NCBI RefSeq assembly: GCF_022045235.1
Contig: NW_027266286.1
Span: 19,654,001 to 19,718,000, forward strand
Length of the DNA: 64,000 nucleotides
Direction of reading: 5' to 3'
Source of the DNA: Haliotis cracherodii
Lineage: Eukaryota
Shown here one piece after another: positions 12,701-24,077 of this stretch. A program made the position numbers and the translations under genes. Position 1 is the first letter of the stretch; each line of letters opens with the position of its first letter. The notes under the pieces are model-generated. The model did not search any database. It saw only the letters and a list, made by a program, of their open reading frames with translations, and was not told the origin of the DNA.

Positions 12701-15042
12701 ATTGATCCATGTTATTTAAAATCGGTGACTGCATCAACTGTCACCAAGTCTGACCACCTGATCCATTTAGTTGCCACTTACAAGAAGCAATAGGTTGCTG
12801 GGAACATATAATATATATCCTGGAATCTGCTTGGGTTCTGTGGAACTATTAACACCTCAGAATGAATTGATAATAATAATCTGAGGCTGAGAATGTTATG
12901 GCGTATGCCGCAAAAAGACGAAAACCTATAGAACATGTTCCTAGTTAAAAAAGAGTGTGATTTTAAGTTGAATTACGGAAAAAAATACAGAAAATATAAA
13001 ATATATAAAGGAATGCGTTCCGTAAACCAATATGTTTTGAGAATGTTGAATCTGAGTGTAAAATATGATTTTTTTCGCATCCTGCATATGACACTGCTGA
13101 TCAAATTCCCTCTAAATATATCTCCCAATCCCACGTACGATAGCCTCACTGTCTCTCTCTGATTATTGTGGTAAACTTTCTGGAAAATGTGCTTATTATG
13201 CATGTACTTTCTATTCAGCTACCCATAAGGCCATATTTCAATTACCCATAAGCCCACAGATGTTTTAGAAAGCTATTACAAATAGAAAAAGTAGTTATTC
13301 GTTTGAATGCAATGTCCGTTCACTAGTTTCACATTTTTTAAAGTTTCATTATTGTTTTTGCCTAAAATGCGTTTACCTCCCCTACTATGATCATTTACAC
13401 CGTTGGTACCTTTAGGAATAAGCTTGGTAGACGAATCAGAGTCTCCCTTTCATTATTGTGACAAATTTTCCAACACATTTTATGAACTTAGCAGTTGCGT
13501 TAAAAAGTAGTGTTTTACGTCAATTTTAGCAATATTCCAGCAATATCAAGGCAGGGGGGACACCAGAAATGGGATTCACACATTGTACCCATGTTGGGAA
13601 TCGAACCCAGGTCTTGGGCGTGAAGAGCGAACGCTTTAATCACTAGGCTACCCCACTGCCGTTTTAATAAAACTGAACAACTAACAACATAATGGTAATA
13701 TGTAAAACACATACATTATACCAACACTGAATATTCCAGCTGTATGATGGCTGTCTGTAAATAATCGAGTCTGGACCAGATAATCCAGTGATTGACATCA
13801 TGAACATGACATCGATCAACCAAGTAAGCAAGTCTGACCACCCGATCCCGTTGGTCGCCTCTAACGACAAGCATAGTCGCTTTCTACGGCAAGCATGGAT
13901 TGCTGAAGACCTATTCTACTCCGGATCTTCATAGGTTGATTGTAGACAAAATTTGAAATGCATGAATTACCTATATACAATTACCAATAAACCCCATTGT
14001 GCCTACAGACTTTTTACAGAATTATTTCATGGCCGCTGTAAAAGTAAGAATGAATGCGCGAATATTCAGAAAGAAAAGTGAACCTTAGCAACTATCTAAA
14101 ATTGCAGTGTAAGATTGAAGTAGTTTAGCTGTTACTGTCACTAAACAATATATGACGTGTCTAAAGTCTCTGAGTTACCCATTACAGCACTAATGGACAG
14201 CTAAAATGTTGTAGCCAAGTACGTGTCGCCATTGGGGTTACATGTCTAGTTTTTACTATTAGATGTCACGACAGTGCCCAGTAGGCCTACTGATTAGATT
14301 TGTTTGTTTGTTGGTTGGTTATTCCAGCTATATGACGGCAGTCTGTAAATAATCAAGTCTGGAACGACAATCAAGTGATTGACCTCATGAGCATTGATCC
14401 ACGCAATTGGGATACGATGACATGCATCAACCAAGTCAGTGAGCCTGACCACCCGATCCCGTTAGTAGCCTCTTAGCCATTTATGTTGTCCCCTTTTTGC
14501 TGGAATATTGCTAACGTCACGTAAAACAATACTCACTCATAAAACCATGTCAGATAAATTGCTTTATCCTTCACACTGATCTGAGCGGTCAGCGAGCCTG
14601 ACCACCTTACGACAAGCATAGTTGCTGAAGACCTTTTCTACCCCGGATGTTTACTGGTCCTACTGATTAGAAATAACAGGGACAGGCGTAGCCGAGAGCC
14701 GCGATGGGGTGCTACAGTTAAGACATGACCCTACATATAAAATAACTAAATTACTTCTACATCATCTACTGCTGGCTAATTGCTAAATAAATAGACTTCC
14801 CATTTGCCCTTATAACAACTCTCAAGAGTACAGGAGTCGTTGTTCAAGTCGCGGCCTGTCAGCCGCCGGGAGGGCGTAGCCGCTGTCACCGTACCTGCAG
14901 TGAGCACCAGCCCAACGTAGATGGCCAGATACACCCAGAACATTTTGTCATGTATGGTGAGACGTGCCTCGGGCACCGTGTACAGCGTCCCATTACACAA
15001 CACACCATCCAGTACCTCTGTGCAGTTTATAAACATCGCCAT
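731..15042 (-). CDS. CNNM/DUF21 + CBS-pair membrane protein (metal transporter CNNM / Mam3-like), 9 coding exons, 474 aa
   Basis: Exons (minus): 15042-14895, 12465-12207, 10960-10901, 10081-9886, 9735-9628, 6372-6156, 5895-5759, 4118-3990, 901-731. All introns are GT-AG with matching phases; total 1425 nt ending in TGA. Motifs: AGLMSGLTMGLLSLD, HHLLLVTLLLANA, FGEVVPQALC, SWPLSKLLD, GALDL, GHSRIPVY, GHLAVV, GIITLEDVIEELLQEEIIDEND. Confidence 0.92.
1371..2900 (-). mobile_element. Degenerate Tc1-family DNA transposon in intron 8 of the DUF21 gene
   Basis: Both ends read TACTGAACC and are flanked by TA. Disrupted transposase ~2596-1564 has the HTH region, DRPRGGRP, FQHDNAPAH, SPNLNPI and a HTRY* end, with several stops and frameshifts. 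Confidence 0.88.
3250..3530 (-). mobile_element. SINE-like family C (head GACCCGTGAAG...GTCGTAAGAGGCGACTAA, CAAA-repeat tail)
   Basis: Near-identical interspersed copies at about 12497-12840, 13725-13935, 14299-14660, 16917-17186, 57995-58237 (minus) and 21635-21772, 28040-28170, 46030-46302, 53732-53962, 57372-57568 (plus). Confidence 0.8.
3700..3803. mobile_element. Small palindromic MITE-like element (related copy ~4140-4250)
   Basis: Inverted ends ccgttccacaaagc / gctctgtggaacgcgg. The core taactcccatac is shared with the ~4140-4250 copy. Confidence 0.5.
4386..4660 (+). mobile_element. tRNA-derived SINE family B
   Basis: A-box-like GGCCCAGTC.TCTAAGG head and (CACT)n tail; the GGTTCGAATCC B box is present in the fuller copies. 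Other copies at about 11370-11656 (-), 22710-23200 (-, interrupted), 51412-51640 (+), 52425-52705 (+). Confidence 0.85.
5515..5720. repeat. Minisatellite, 19-bp unit (ggaggacatagggcatgta), in DUF21 intron 7
   Basis: About 10 tandem copies visible directly. Confidence 0.9.
6405..9600. repeat. Minisatellite, 42-bp unit with a ~46-bp variant, ~3.2 kb, filling DUF21 intron 5
   Basis: Unit gtcactggtccatggatgcacacacagatgtgaaacaggaca; the variant carries atggaagtgaaaacatga. Confidence 0.97.
10140..10875. repeat. Minisatellite, 69-bp unit, ~10.5 copies, filling DUF21 intron 3
   Basis: tactggataacaccag...tcctatgctcaagg recurs at 10141, 10210 and onward. Confidence 0.93.
11370..11656 (-). mobile_element. 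tRNA-derived SINE family B
   Basis: Reverse copy of the 52425-52705 element, flanked by the target-site duplication gatattgacacag. Confidence 0.88.
13505..13660 (-). mobile_element. tRNA-derived SINE family A
   Basis: GGTAGCCTAGTG..TAAAGCG A box and GGTTCGATTCC B box; matches the other family A copies. Confidence 0.8.
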
Positions 15043-15351
15043 GCTGGAGTGACGCGGTCAGAGTTATCCGCCCTTGTTCCGGTGTTGTTTGTGACATTGT
15101 AGTGGCGCTTCCATTACTTTTATCACTGCACTCTGCCAACAGCGAGCGCAGCCTGGACTAACATCTAGTCTCTGAAAAGAATATATTTTACAGATACAAA
15201 CTGTTGTTAGATTATAGCTATAAAAATATAATCAAAATGAGCCTAGAGACTCTCTTCAATTTTAGATACTGCAGTAATCTAAACTTGCCAAATATTGTAA
15301 ACTTGCGTGGGCTATATTTGATATATTTGTTTCAGGGCGCAAGCACAGCAG

Positions 15352-15746
15352 TCGGGCTGGGACGAGTCCAAATTTATTACCCGGGTACCCAACTCCCAGG
15401 GTTCCACTTTAGGTCCCAAGAGATACAAAATGTCCAATTGGGATTTTTTTACCATGGCCTTGGCAAAACATAATTAGTTAGGTACAAGTATTAAAATTTA
15501 AACAATCTGGCCATGCATACACTGAAGTTGACCTAAGTTATATCTTTATTCAACCATATGAAAAGTCAGAAGGAATGGGTGCATAGACAGAAAGAAATGC
15601 GAACATTAGTGACTTGTAGTGTGACCATACAGATCTAGATAATTTTTGTCATTAAACAATATATCACGTGACTAACCACGGATCCGGGTAGTCCTGTGGG
15701 TACCCGGGTCCTTCTCAGGGTACCCGAGTTTCCCGTCCCAGCCCTA
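15352..15746. mobile_element. Non-autonomous hAT-like MITE
   Basis: TIR t(c/a)gggctgggacg, subterminal GGGTACCC repeats, and a degenerate 8-bp TSD cacagcag/caaagctg. Confidence 0.7.
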
Positions 15747-16385
15747 CAAAGCTGTGTCTTTTTATCCAGACATGACGGAAAGAGTCAAACGTGGGATTGT
15801 CGTCACTTTTCTAACAACAAGCAACCCACATGCACGTGCTTGTCCTGTTGTGACGAAATGTGAACATTGTACCTGTACACAAATACTCTTCAAGGATTAC
15901 TCAGAAGTGGATTGTATGTTGGTTGTAACCTACAACCAGCAATATTCCTCCCAACCTGAGGGGCAAAAGTAAGTGTACCGAGTTTCTATGTTTATGTAAT
16001 TAAAACATATGATGTTAAATTTGATTAGGTCCATTTAACCATCACTTAAATTTCTGCAACATTTTCTAAAAAGTAATCTGTGGCAGGGTAATTTGGTGTA
16101 AAAACAAAACGGTTCAATGAAGACTAGGAAGGAAATGAATTTGCAATCACGTGACCCTTACGATGTTCGAAAAGGTGTAAATGAATTGATTTTTAAGATA
16201 AGATTCCTTAAGATACTCATCAACAGGGGTGTATTATGCGAATTTATTTTTGATAATTTCTAAAAGGTTTAAATATATTTTAAAAAATAAAACCCTGTGG
16301 AATTAATCTATGAGTGCTGACTAAGTGCCAGTAAAGTTATTTTTTATATAATATTGCTAAGTTTAAATATTTTCAATTGAAAATA

Positions 16386-16559
16386 CAGTAAACTACGGTT
16401 ATAACGAACACGCTTATAACGAACTGACGGATATAACGAATTTATTTTTTGGTCCCGGCCATTGCTGTATATATGCTGTATATATGCTTATAACGAACTA
16501 CGGTTATAACGAACCGAAATTAGCAGTCCCTTTGAGTTCGTTTTAACCGTAGTTTACTG
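16386..16559. mobile_element. Tc1/mariner (pogo/Tigger-like) MITE
   Basis: TIR cagtaaactacggtta, TA flanks and internal ttataacgaa repeats. Second copy at 23904-24077. Confidence 0.85.
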
Positions 16560-17219
16560 TATATTGAACATATATGATAAAATCAACTGGGAGGTGTAGT
16601 TTCTTTTGCTCCTCTGTTTAAACACCTGGAACACAAGTAAGGACATGTTACTGTATATTTCCATATCAAAGAGACATTTAAAAAAATAGAATCTTGTATT
16701 TCTTATGAAATGAAACATATTTGTTTTTGTTTTACCACGTGACAAACTCATATCGAAATGGAGAAACCGAAATCGATTATAACATATTTTGTAACTTTTC
16801 CATCGCAACAGTATTGAACTTCCCTTTCAACACTACCTGTGCATCTTCACGTAACATCATGTGACCCAGTCCTTGTGACTTGATGGAGGGACACTGAGTT
16901 CTTATACCAACTTATTTTTGTTTGTGTGTTGTTTAACGCCGCACTCAGAAATATTCCAGCTATATGACGGCTGTCTGTAAATAATGGAGTCTGGACCAGA
17001 CAATCCAGTGATTGACATCATGAGCATCCATCTATTCAATTGGGATATGATGACATGCATCAACCAAGTAATTTAAGCGAGCCTGACAACCCGATCCCGT
17101 TAGTCGCCTCTTACGACAAGCATGGTTGCTGTTTACAGTAAGCATGGGTTGCTGAAGACCCATTCTACCCTGGATCTTCACGGGTTAGTGATATTACTGA
17201 AACACCGTACCCTTATCAG

Positions 17220-18246
17220 TAGGGCTTCAAAGAGTACTCGAGTACTCGGGCACGGGCCGAGCTTAGTGGGACGAGTACTCGACCAAGGCAGATATAACCC
17301 TAATTTGGTCCACTTTCAATAAGTAAATAGAAACGTGTCTTTATGTAACTTTCTTTTTCATGGGTCATCAATTAAATCATATAAAAGTGACAATAGCTTT
17401 TCTTTTAGTTAATTTTCGAAACAATACACTTATTTACACCATTTCATAAGGATATTTCCTGGTTTAAAACGTACTTTATTTCTTGTTTAAAAGGGATGTT
17501 TTACGAAACTATTAAACTGTCGCAAGCAGTAGACCTTTTCATTCTAAATTAGCGTCGTAACGTTGATCATTATTAATTCAATAGTTTCATAAGATATATG
17601 TAACTGGACATCACTTTATTGAATATTAACTTTGTGTTACTGTATCTCATTCTAATTATCTCTTCAAATGTCGGGAGAACGTCTTATAAAAGTCAACTAT
17701 AAATTTACAAGCCTAGTAATCTTTCAATGTTTTGTTTTCAATTAAGAAAAAGGTAAATACTATCTTCTGAATTTGTGATAACATTGAAAATGTTACTTTT
17801 AACTTATTATCTATATTTTGTCATTTATTGACAATTTCCTTCGGCGCTGGTATCAATTGATCTTATACCTCAGAAGCCAGCCCGCCAAAATCCAGCCAAT
17901 CACCAATCGCAACTTACATCACGTGACGATCACGCGTGCAATATTTTTCACCCTGAACATGACGTGTGTTACATTGAGATGTAAACGATTTCTTTTCTCA
18001 AGTTAACACTTCCTATTTTAAAGAAGCTTCAGCGAATCAGAACACAAATTTCAAAGGTATCTTATTTGATACGCGATCACATTGGTTTTCTTAGTGATCT
18101 ACGAGGTCATTGTGACTCTTTCATTTTGTATACGCTAGGATAATTGCCAATTTTACTGAACAGATAGATAATTGCGGGTACTCGAGCACGAGCCGAGTCT
18201 TACCCCGGGTACCCGAGTCCATATTTTTGGACCCGTTGAAGCCCTG
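17220..18246. mobile_element. Non-autonomous hAT-like element
   Basis: TIR tagggcttcaa / ttgaagccctg, subterminal GTACTCG/GTACCCG repeats, and a degenerate 8-bp TSD cttatcag/catattag. Confidence 0.7.
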
Positions 18247-18523
18247 CATATTAGTGTACAGTTTCAGTGATAGTAAATACAGAATAATATCGACGCAAAC
18301 CTGCATATCAGACTCACATATTACATCACGTCCATCCATCTTGTCAATTTCAAAATGTTCTATCACGTGACCAGAGGAGATACTCACTTGGAACAGACTT
18401 GAACTGAGAGCTGGAGTTAACACAATGCTGTTAAGTGATAATTCCCATTTTCCTCACAATAATGACGTGAAACTTCATCAGGACATAGAACAAAGTCATC
18501 ACCTGGGTGATCCTAGAACCTTA

Positions 18524-18668
18524 GGGGTGGTCGGGTAGCCTAGTGGCCGAAGACCCGGGTTTGATTACCGACATGGGTACAATGTGTGAAGCCCATTTCT
18601 GGTGTCCCCCGCCGTGATATTGCTGGAATATGCTAAAAGCGGCGTAAAACCATACTCACTCACTCACT
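18524..18668 (+). mobile_element. tRNA-derived SINE family A
   Basis: Flanked by TSD tcctagaacctta, with (CACT)n tail. Other copies at about 25400-25545, 25553-25720, 30696-30845, 32884-33043, 37811-37976, 54095-54226, 56143-56320 (minus) and 46801-46930 (plus). Confidence 0.88.
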
Positions 18669-19514
18669 CCTAGAACCTTAAGTCAATTTTGCCCAAAAGT
18701 GGAGATAGAACAAGCTCGTATTTTATATGCACCCCTAATTATGGGCAATTAAATTCTGGAAAAATATATCTGTCATATATAAACTTTTCATGTATAAATA
18801 AAGAGACTAATATGGGTCATGCGTTTCATTAATATAACAACCCTGCTTCAGGGGAGTGTGTGCTGTACCTAAATGAACTAATTTGTATGAATGTTAAATC
18901 TGATTCTGAAAGGGACCCCTAGCCCCATTGATCCACGTATGTGGTAGGTCACACAATTGATATGATTGTCCCATAGAAGTATTTCTCTCAAATAAATCTA
19001 TGTAACTGGTGAACTTGGAAAGAAAACATCGTAACAATTCAATGGTGGGTTATTCATTCAGCTAACTGACTCGCGTACAGCCCCGTATATCTCTTTTTTT
19101 CACATCACAAACCCACCAGGAAGTATTTCTCTCCATGCTGTGACGATTTGCGCAGCGACACACTGAGGTAACGGCGGTACGCTACGAGAAACTACCCACC
19201 CCGACACCCTCGCCAACCCAGGTCAGTAAAGCGGTTAGTAGAGACTTTATATATGTCCTATAAGCGCTTCATGAAACACACTCCTCATCATATGTGTAAC
19301 AAGACGATACTGTGATGTCGTGTGCGTTTCAAATAAACGTTTTGAAGTGATAATATACGATGTCGCCACAATAGAGACACAGTGCACCTGCCCTGCCAAA
19401 ACTCACAATGGTGTTAGCCCTACAGACATACGTGCTAGTGACGTCTATACCTTAACATAAAGTTACGGGTTTGACACCAATGGCTGTGTTGTTAATTTGG
19501 CTGTTGTAATCATG

Positions 19515-20390
19515 GACACTGTTGTAGTATTGACTGTTGTGGTCCAAGAGACTGTGTCGTGGTATTGACTGTTGCGGTCCAAGAGACTGTGTTGTGGTGT
19601 TGACTGTTGTGGTCCAAGAGACTGTGTTGTGGTATTGACTTTTGTGGTCCAAGACACTGTGTAGTTGTATTGACTGTTGTGGTCCAAGAGACTGTGTTGT
19701 GGTATTGACTGTTGTGGTCCAAGAGATTGTGTTGTGGTATTGACTTTTGTGGTCCAAGAGACTGTGTTGTGGTATTGACTTTTGTGGTCCAAGAGACTGT
19801 GTTGTGGTATTGACTTTTGTGATCCAAGAGACTGTGTATTGGTATTGACTGTTGTGGTCCAAGAGACTGTGTTGTGGTTTTGACTTTTGTGGTCCAAGAG
19901 ACTGTGTAGTGGTTTTGACTTTTGTGGTCCAAGAGACTGTGTTGTGGTATTGACTGTTGTGGTCCAAGAGATTGTGTTGTGGTATTGACTTTTGTGGTCC
20001 AAGAGACTGTGTAATGGTATTGACTGTTGTGGTCCAAGAGACTGTGTAGTGGTATTGACTTTTGTGGTCCAAGAGACTGTGTTGTGGTATTGACTTTTGT
20101 GGTCCAAGAGACTGTGTAGTGGTATTGACTTTTGTAACGTGATCATAGAGATTGTGTTGATATATTGGCTGTTTTAGTCCTAGAGATTGTGTTGATATAA
20201 TGACTGTTTTAGTCCTAGAGATTGTGTTGATATATTGACTTGTGGTCCTAGCGATTGTGTTGTTATATTGACTGTTGTGGTTTGTTATATTGACTGTTGT
20301 GGTCTAAGAGGCTGTGTTGTGGTATTGCCTGTGTTGTGGTATTGTTGCTGCGATCCTAGAGATTGTCTTATTATATTGACTGTTGTTTGT
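19515..20390. repeat. Minisatellite, 35-bp unit, degenerating into the acceptor of the DD1 start exon
   Basis: Unit gtattgactgttgtggtccaagagactgtgttgtg. The long minus-strand ORFs here are repeat artefacts. Confidence 0.95.
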
Positions 20391-20411
20391 TTCAGCAGTA
20401 CAGAAGAAGAT

Positions 20412-22277
20412 ATGTCGGTAAGTCTGCTGCGCTCTTCTACAAGTTGTAAGTACGACTCACAACACATATTTATGCTGCGGTATTAATGGATTAACTACCA
20501 CACGAAAACGTTATGAAGAGCAACACACAAGACGAACCTGGAATTCGAAAACACGAGCATTGGTTTCTGGCGAGCCGAAGGGAGGCAACTCTGACCGCGA
20601 ATTCCAGCACCTTAGGCGACTTGGGCACCAGAGTTCAAATTGGAATGCGTGAAACTTGATAGAATGGTTAGATAGTAGGTTAAACAGGATGGTGATCAAC
20701 GTCTCGGATGTGTGTTAAAAAACAGTAGATTGATGGCGTAGAGTAAGAAACGTGACAGTGTTCAGGTAGGGTGTTGAGTCGTTCCACTTCGCATGGTAGA
20801 AAGGAGCTCGGTTTGGTTCCTCTCATACTCACGGTGACTTGACACTGCCCAAAAAAGTGGTAACCTGCTCCTTCAGCTGTTGTGGTACCATACTATTTAC
20901 CATCACTTCAGAAAAAAATGTCTTCAGTCCCTTTAGTATTTATGTAACTGCTACATGGACAATCGGGTGATGCTGAAATTATACTTAGCTGTGTACATTG
21001 AACAAGACCATACATACTGCACACTTGTGCCATCTCCTTCAGAGTGACGGAGCTGGGGCCTCTGAAGATACTGGCAGTCACAGTCAGGAACAGGAGGAGG
21101 CATGTTTTCCGGGTAGGTATAGATATAGACACTGTACAAAAACGAGGAGATATCACTTGCGGGTAGGTGCTGATATAGACATTGGAACGACTTTCAAATG
21201 GAGGCTTCAAACCAGGCAGGTGGAGATGTAGACATGGTTCCGAAACGAGGAGACATTACTTGCGGGTAGGCGCAGATATAGACACTGGAACGACATTCAA
21301 ATGGAGGCTTCAAACCAGGTAGGTGTAGATAAACAGGATTCCGAAACGAGGAGACATTACTTGCGGGTAGGTGCAGATACAGACAGGGTACGAAAACAAG
21401 GAGGCATTTTATCCGGATGGGTGTATATATAGACAGGATACCAAAATGAGGAGACATTACATGCGGGTAGGTGCAGATATAGAGATTGGAACGACATCCG
21501 AAAGGAGGCTTCACACCAGTAGGTGTAGATATAGACAGGATATCAAAACGAGGAGACATCACTTACGGGTAGGTGCAGATATAGACAAACCAGTGAAACA
21601 ACGGTATTAATGTATCCAGATCGTGATGATACATGATGCACATCGTATCCCAATTGCAGGAATCGATGCTCATGATGTCAATCACTGGATTGTCTTGTCC
21701 AGGCTCGATTATTTACAGACCGCCGTCATATAGCTGGAATACTGCTGACTCCGGCGTTAAACAACAAACAAAAGAACATGGTGCACATGATGTAGACATC
21801 CGTGTAATATACATATATATGTTTAATTTAACTAGGTTATAAAAATGGATGTAATGAGAGGGTAACAGCAAATCTAATCTTATCTCAATGCTACTACCCA
21901 GAACAAATCCATGAATTATTTTGTGATATTTTATTGCATATGAAGCTTGGTTCCGGAGGTCTGTTCCGGAAAACCGACAACGACAAAAGTTGACCCAGAA
22001 GTCACTGATGATGCTCGTCCCTTTTATTGGCGGAAACTGGGAGTTTGTGGCAATGGAACTCGACATAACTGCTGCCCAGGTAGAGAAGTTCAAGAAGGCA
22101 AATCCGGGATCCCCTGACTCGCAAATGATGAATGTATTCCTGAAATGGCTGCAGGCGAGAGGGTCCGAAGCTACTCTAGAGGCGTTTGTCCGAGTTCTGT
22201 GGAAGTGCAATAACCTCTGTACAGTGGACTGGGATGGTATAGAGAAGATCCTCATCAACGGAAACAATATGGACTAG
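20412..22277 (+). CDS. Death-domain-only protein DD1, 135 aa
   Basis: Exons 20412-20417 (ATG TCG|gtaagt), 21043-21112 (ccttcag|...CCG G|gtaggt) and 21946-22277 (gcatatgaag|CT TGG); total 408 nt. DD signature IGGNWEFVAMELDI...P...QMMNVFLKWLQ...ATLEAFVRVLWKC. The DD exon is firm; the 5' exons are predicted. Confidence 0.72.
21110..21590. repeat. Tandem repeat (~50-bp subunits, ~103-bp dimer) containing copies of the DD1 exon-2 donor
   Basis: ggtaggtg(c/t)agat recurs at about 21112, 21162, 21265, 21317, 21366, 21466 and 21568. Confidence 0.8.
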
Positions 22278-22525
22278 ACACACTTTAGGAACCGTGAACA
22301 AATGAAACAGTCAATGTTTTGTTGTTCACAGGCGTAACTTGTATGCGAAAGAGGTATAATAAGATATGAAAACAGTTCTGTTTCAAGTGGTGTTTGATAA
22401 TAAATTGTCGTCATTTTTATACGCCTGCTTCTTATGGTTGTTTTCTTTTAAGTTTCATAGTACAATACATGCGTTCCTGGAAGGGATTCCCAAACAAAAT
22501 GAGAGAGGTGGTAGGTTATGTAGGG

Positions 22526-22709
22526 NNNNNNNNNNNNNNNNNNNNNNNNNNNNNNNNNNNNNNNNNNNNNNNNNNNNNNNNNNNNNNNNNNNNNNNNNNN
22601 NNNNNNNNNNNNNNNNNNNNNNNNNNNNNNNNNNNNNNNNNNNNNNNNNNNNNNNNNNNNNNNNNNNNNNNNNNNNNNNNNNNNNNNNNNNNNNNNNNNN
22701 NNNNNNNNN
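22526..22709. other. Assembly gap (184 N)
   Basis: Run of N. Confidence 1.
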
Positions 22710-22937
22710 TTTAACGCCGCATTTAACAGTATTCCAGTTATATTTATGTCAGCTTTTATGAAAGCCCGAAGTGATGCAGGTCTCAGACGTTTACAACTTC
22801 GGTGAAACCCACGAGCACGGGTATGGTGCTGACAAACCTAGACACATAATCGGGGCGAACTGGGATTCGAACCCACAATCATAGGTATTTGGCGTACCCC
22901 AGGGACGCAACACTACACAGCGAATCGCGGCGCCCAA

Positions 22938-23172
22938 AGCCCCGTTTACACGACCACGTTTACTTATATAAGTAAATATACTTACGTAAGTATATATACT
23001 CACCTAAGTAAAAGTGGACGTGTAAACGCATTTGTTTACGTAAGCAAATATACTCCAGGAGTAATTTACTTCACCTCAAGAGGTCGTGCAAAAGTATATT
23101 TACTTATAAGCAAATATACTCTTGGAGTAAATATTCTCATGTGAGTAACATTTGGCTCTATAAACAGGGCTT
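22938..23172. mobile_element. MITE nested inside a family B SINE
   Basis: Inverted ends aagccccgtttacacgacca / tggctctataaacagggctt. The SINE sequence resumes at tagacgactgg. Confidence 0.65.
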
Positions 23173-23377
23173 TAGACGACTGGGCAGGCCACCCGTGTCA
23201 CCTCATTTGGATGGGTTCATATTCACAACGTTTTAACTCAATACCAAAAAATGAACACGACACACTTTCATGACGATAAAAGAAGACAATAGAGCAACCT
23301 GAATTTTTCTGGAATGTATGCAACAATTGGTTTCCATACCGCAAAACAGGGTAACAACAAGTACAGTTTACAGTGAC

Positions 23378-23650
23378 CCGGACCGCCTCCGTGGTCTAAT
23401 GATAAAGCGTCCGCCCTGAGAGCAGACGGTCGTGGGTTCGATTCCCGGCCGCGTCATACCAAAAGACGTTTAAAAATGGTTCTTGTTGTTAAAACATGGA
23501 CTGGTCGGCTCGGAGTCAGTATCCACACACTAACACACTAACACACACTAACACACTAACACAGAGAGAGAGAGACACACACACACACGTGCATGCAGGT
23601 CGCTATATGAGTACAATGATCTAGGACGCGACGTTAAAAACCCATTTCAC
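23378..23650 (+). mobile_element. tRNA-headed SINE with Meta/MESC-like core
   Basis: A/B boxes (GGTCTAATG; GGTTCGATTCC) followed by gtcataccaaaagacgtttaaaaatgg. Related copy at ~62643-62930. Confidence 0.7.
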
Positions 23651-23903
23651 CTCATCCTTTTAGGGATCCATTCATATAATTTGCATCACTATTTTGCCTT
23701 TTACGCCCATTGGTTTCAGCAGATATTCTTGACTGATTTTCTGGCGTTACGGTTTTGAAATTGTGACAAAGACTCCTAAAAATACTCCCTATTCAGTATA
23801 AGATAAAACAAGGTATCTATGTTCGATCTTTATGTTCAGTACACATATACTGTATTCGACAGCAATAAGTCAATCGATCATCATCAACTAAAATGTATAA
23901 ATA

Positions 23904-24077
23904 CAGTAAACTACGTTTATAACGAACACGCTTATAACGAACTGTTGCATATAAGGAACTGTTTCTTGGTGCCGTCCATTTTCTGTATGGATGTAGTACA
24001 TATGCTTAGAGCGAACTACAGTTATAACGAATTAAAATTAGTGGTCCCTTTGAGCTCGTTATAACCGTAGTTTACTG
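23904..24077. mobile_element. Tc1/mariner MITE (same family as 16386-16559)
   Basis: TIR cagtaaactacg(g/t)ttataacga with TA flanks. Confidence 0.85.

Noticed and set aside
19452-20146. Three overlapping 175-227 aa Thr/Ser-rich ORFs
   Set aside because: The 35-bp unit cycles through all frames; there is no splice or domain support.
22366-22761. ORFs spanning the N run
   Set aside because: Artefacts of the assembly gap.
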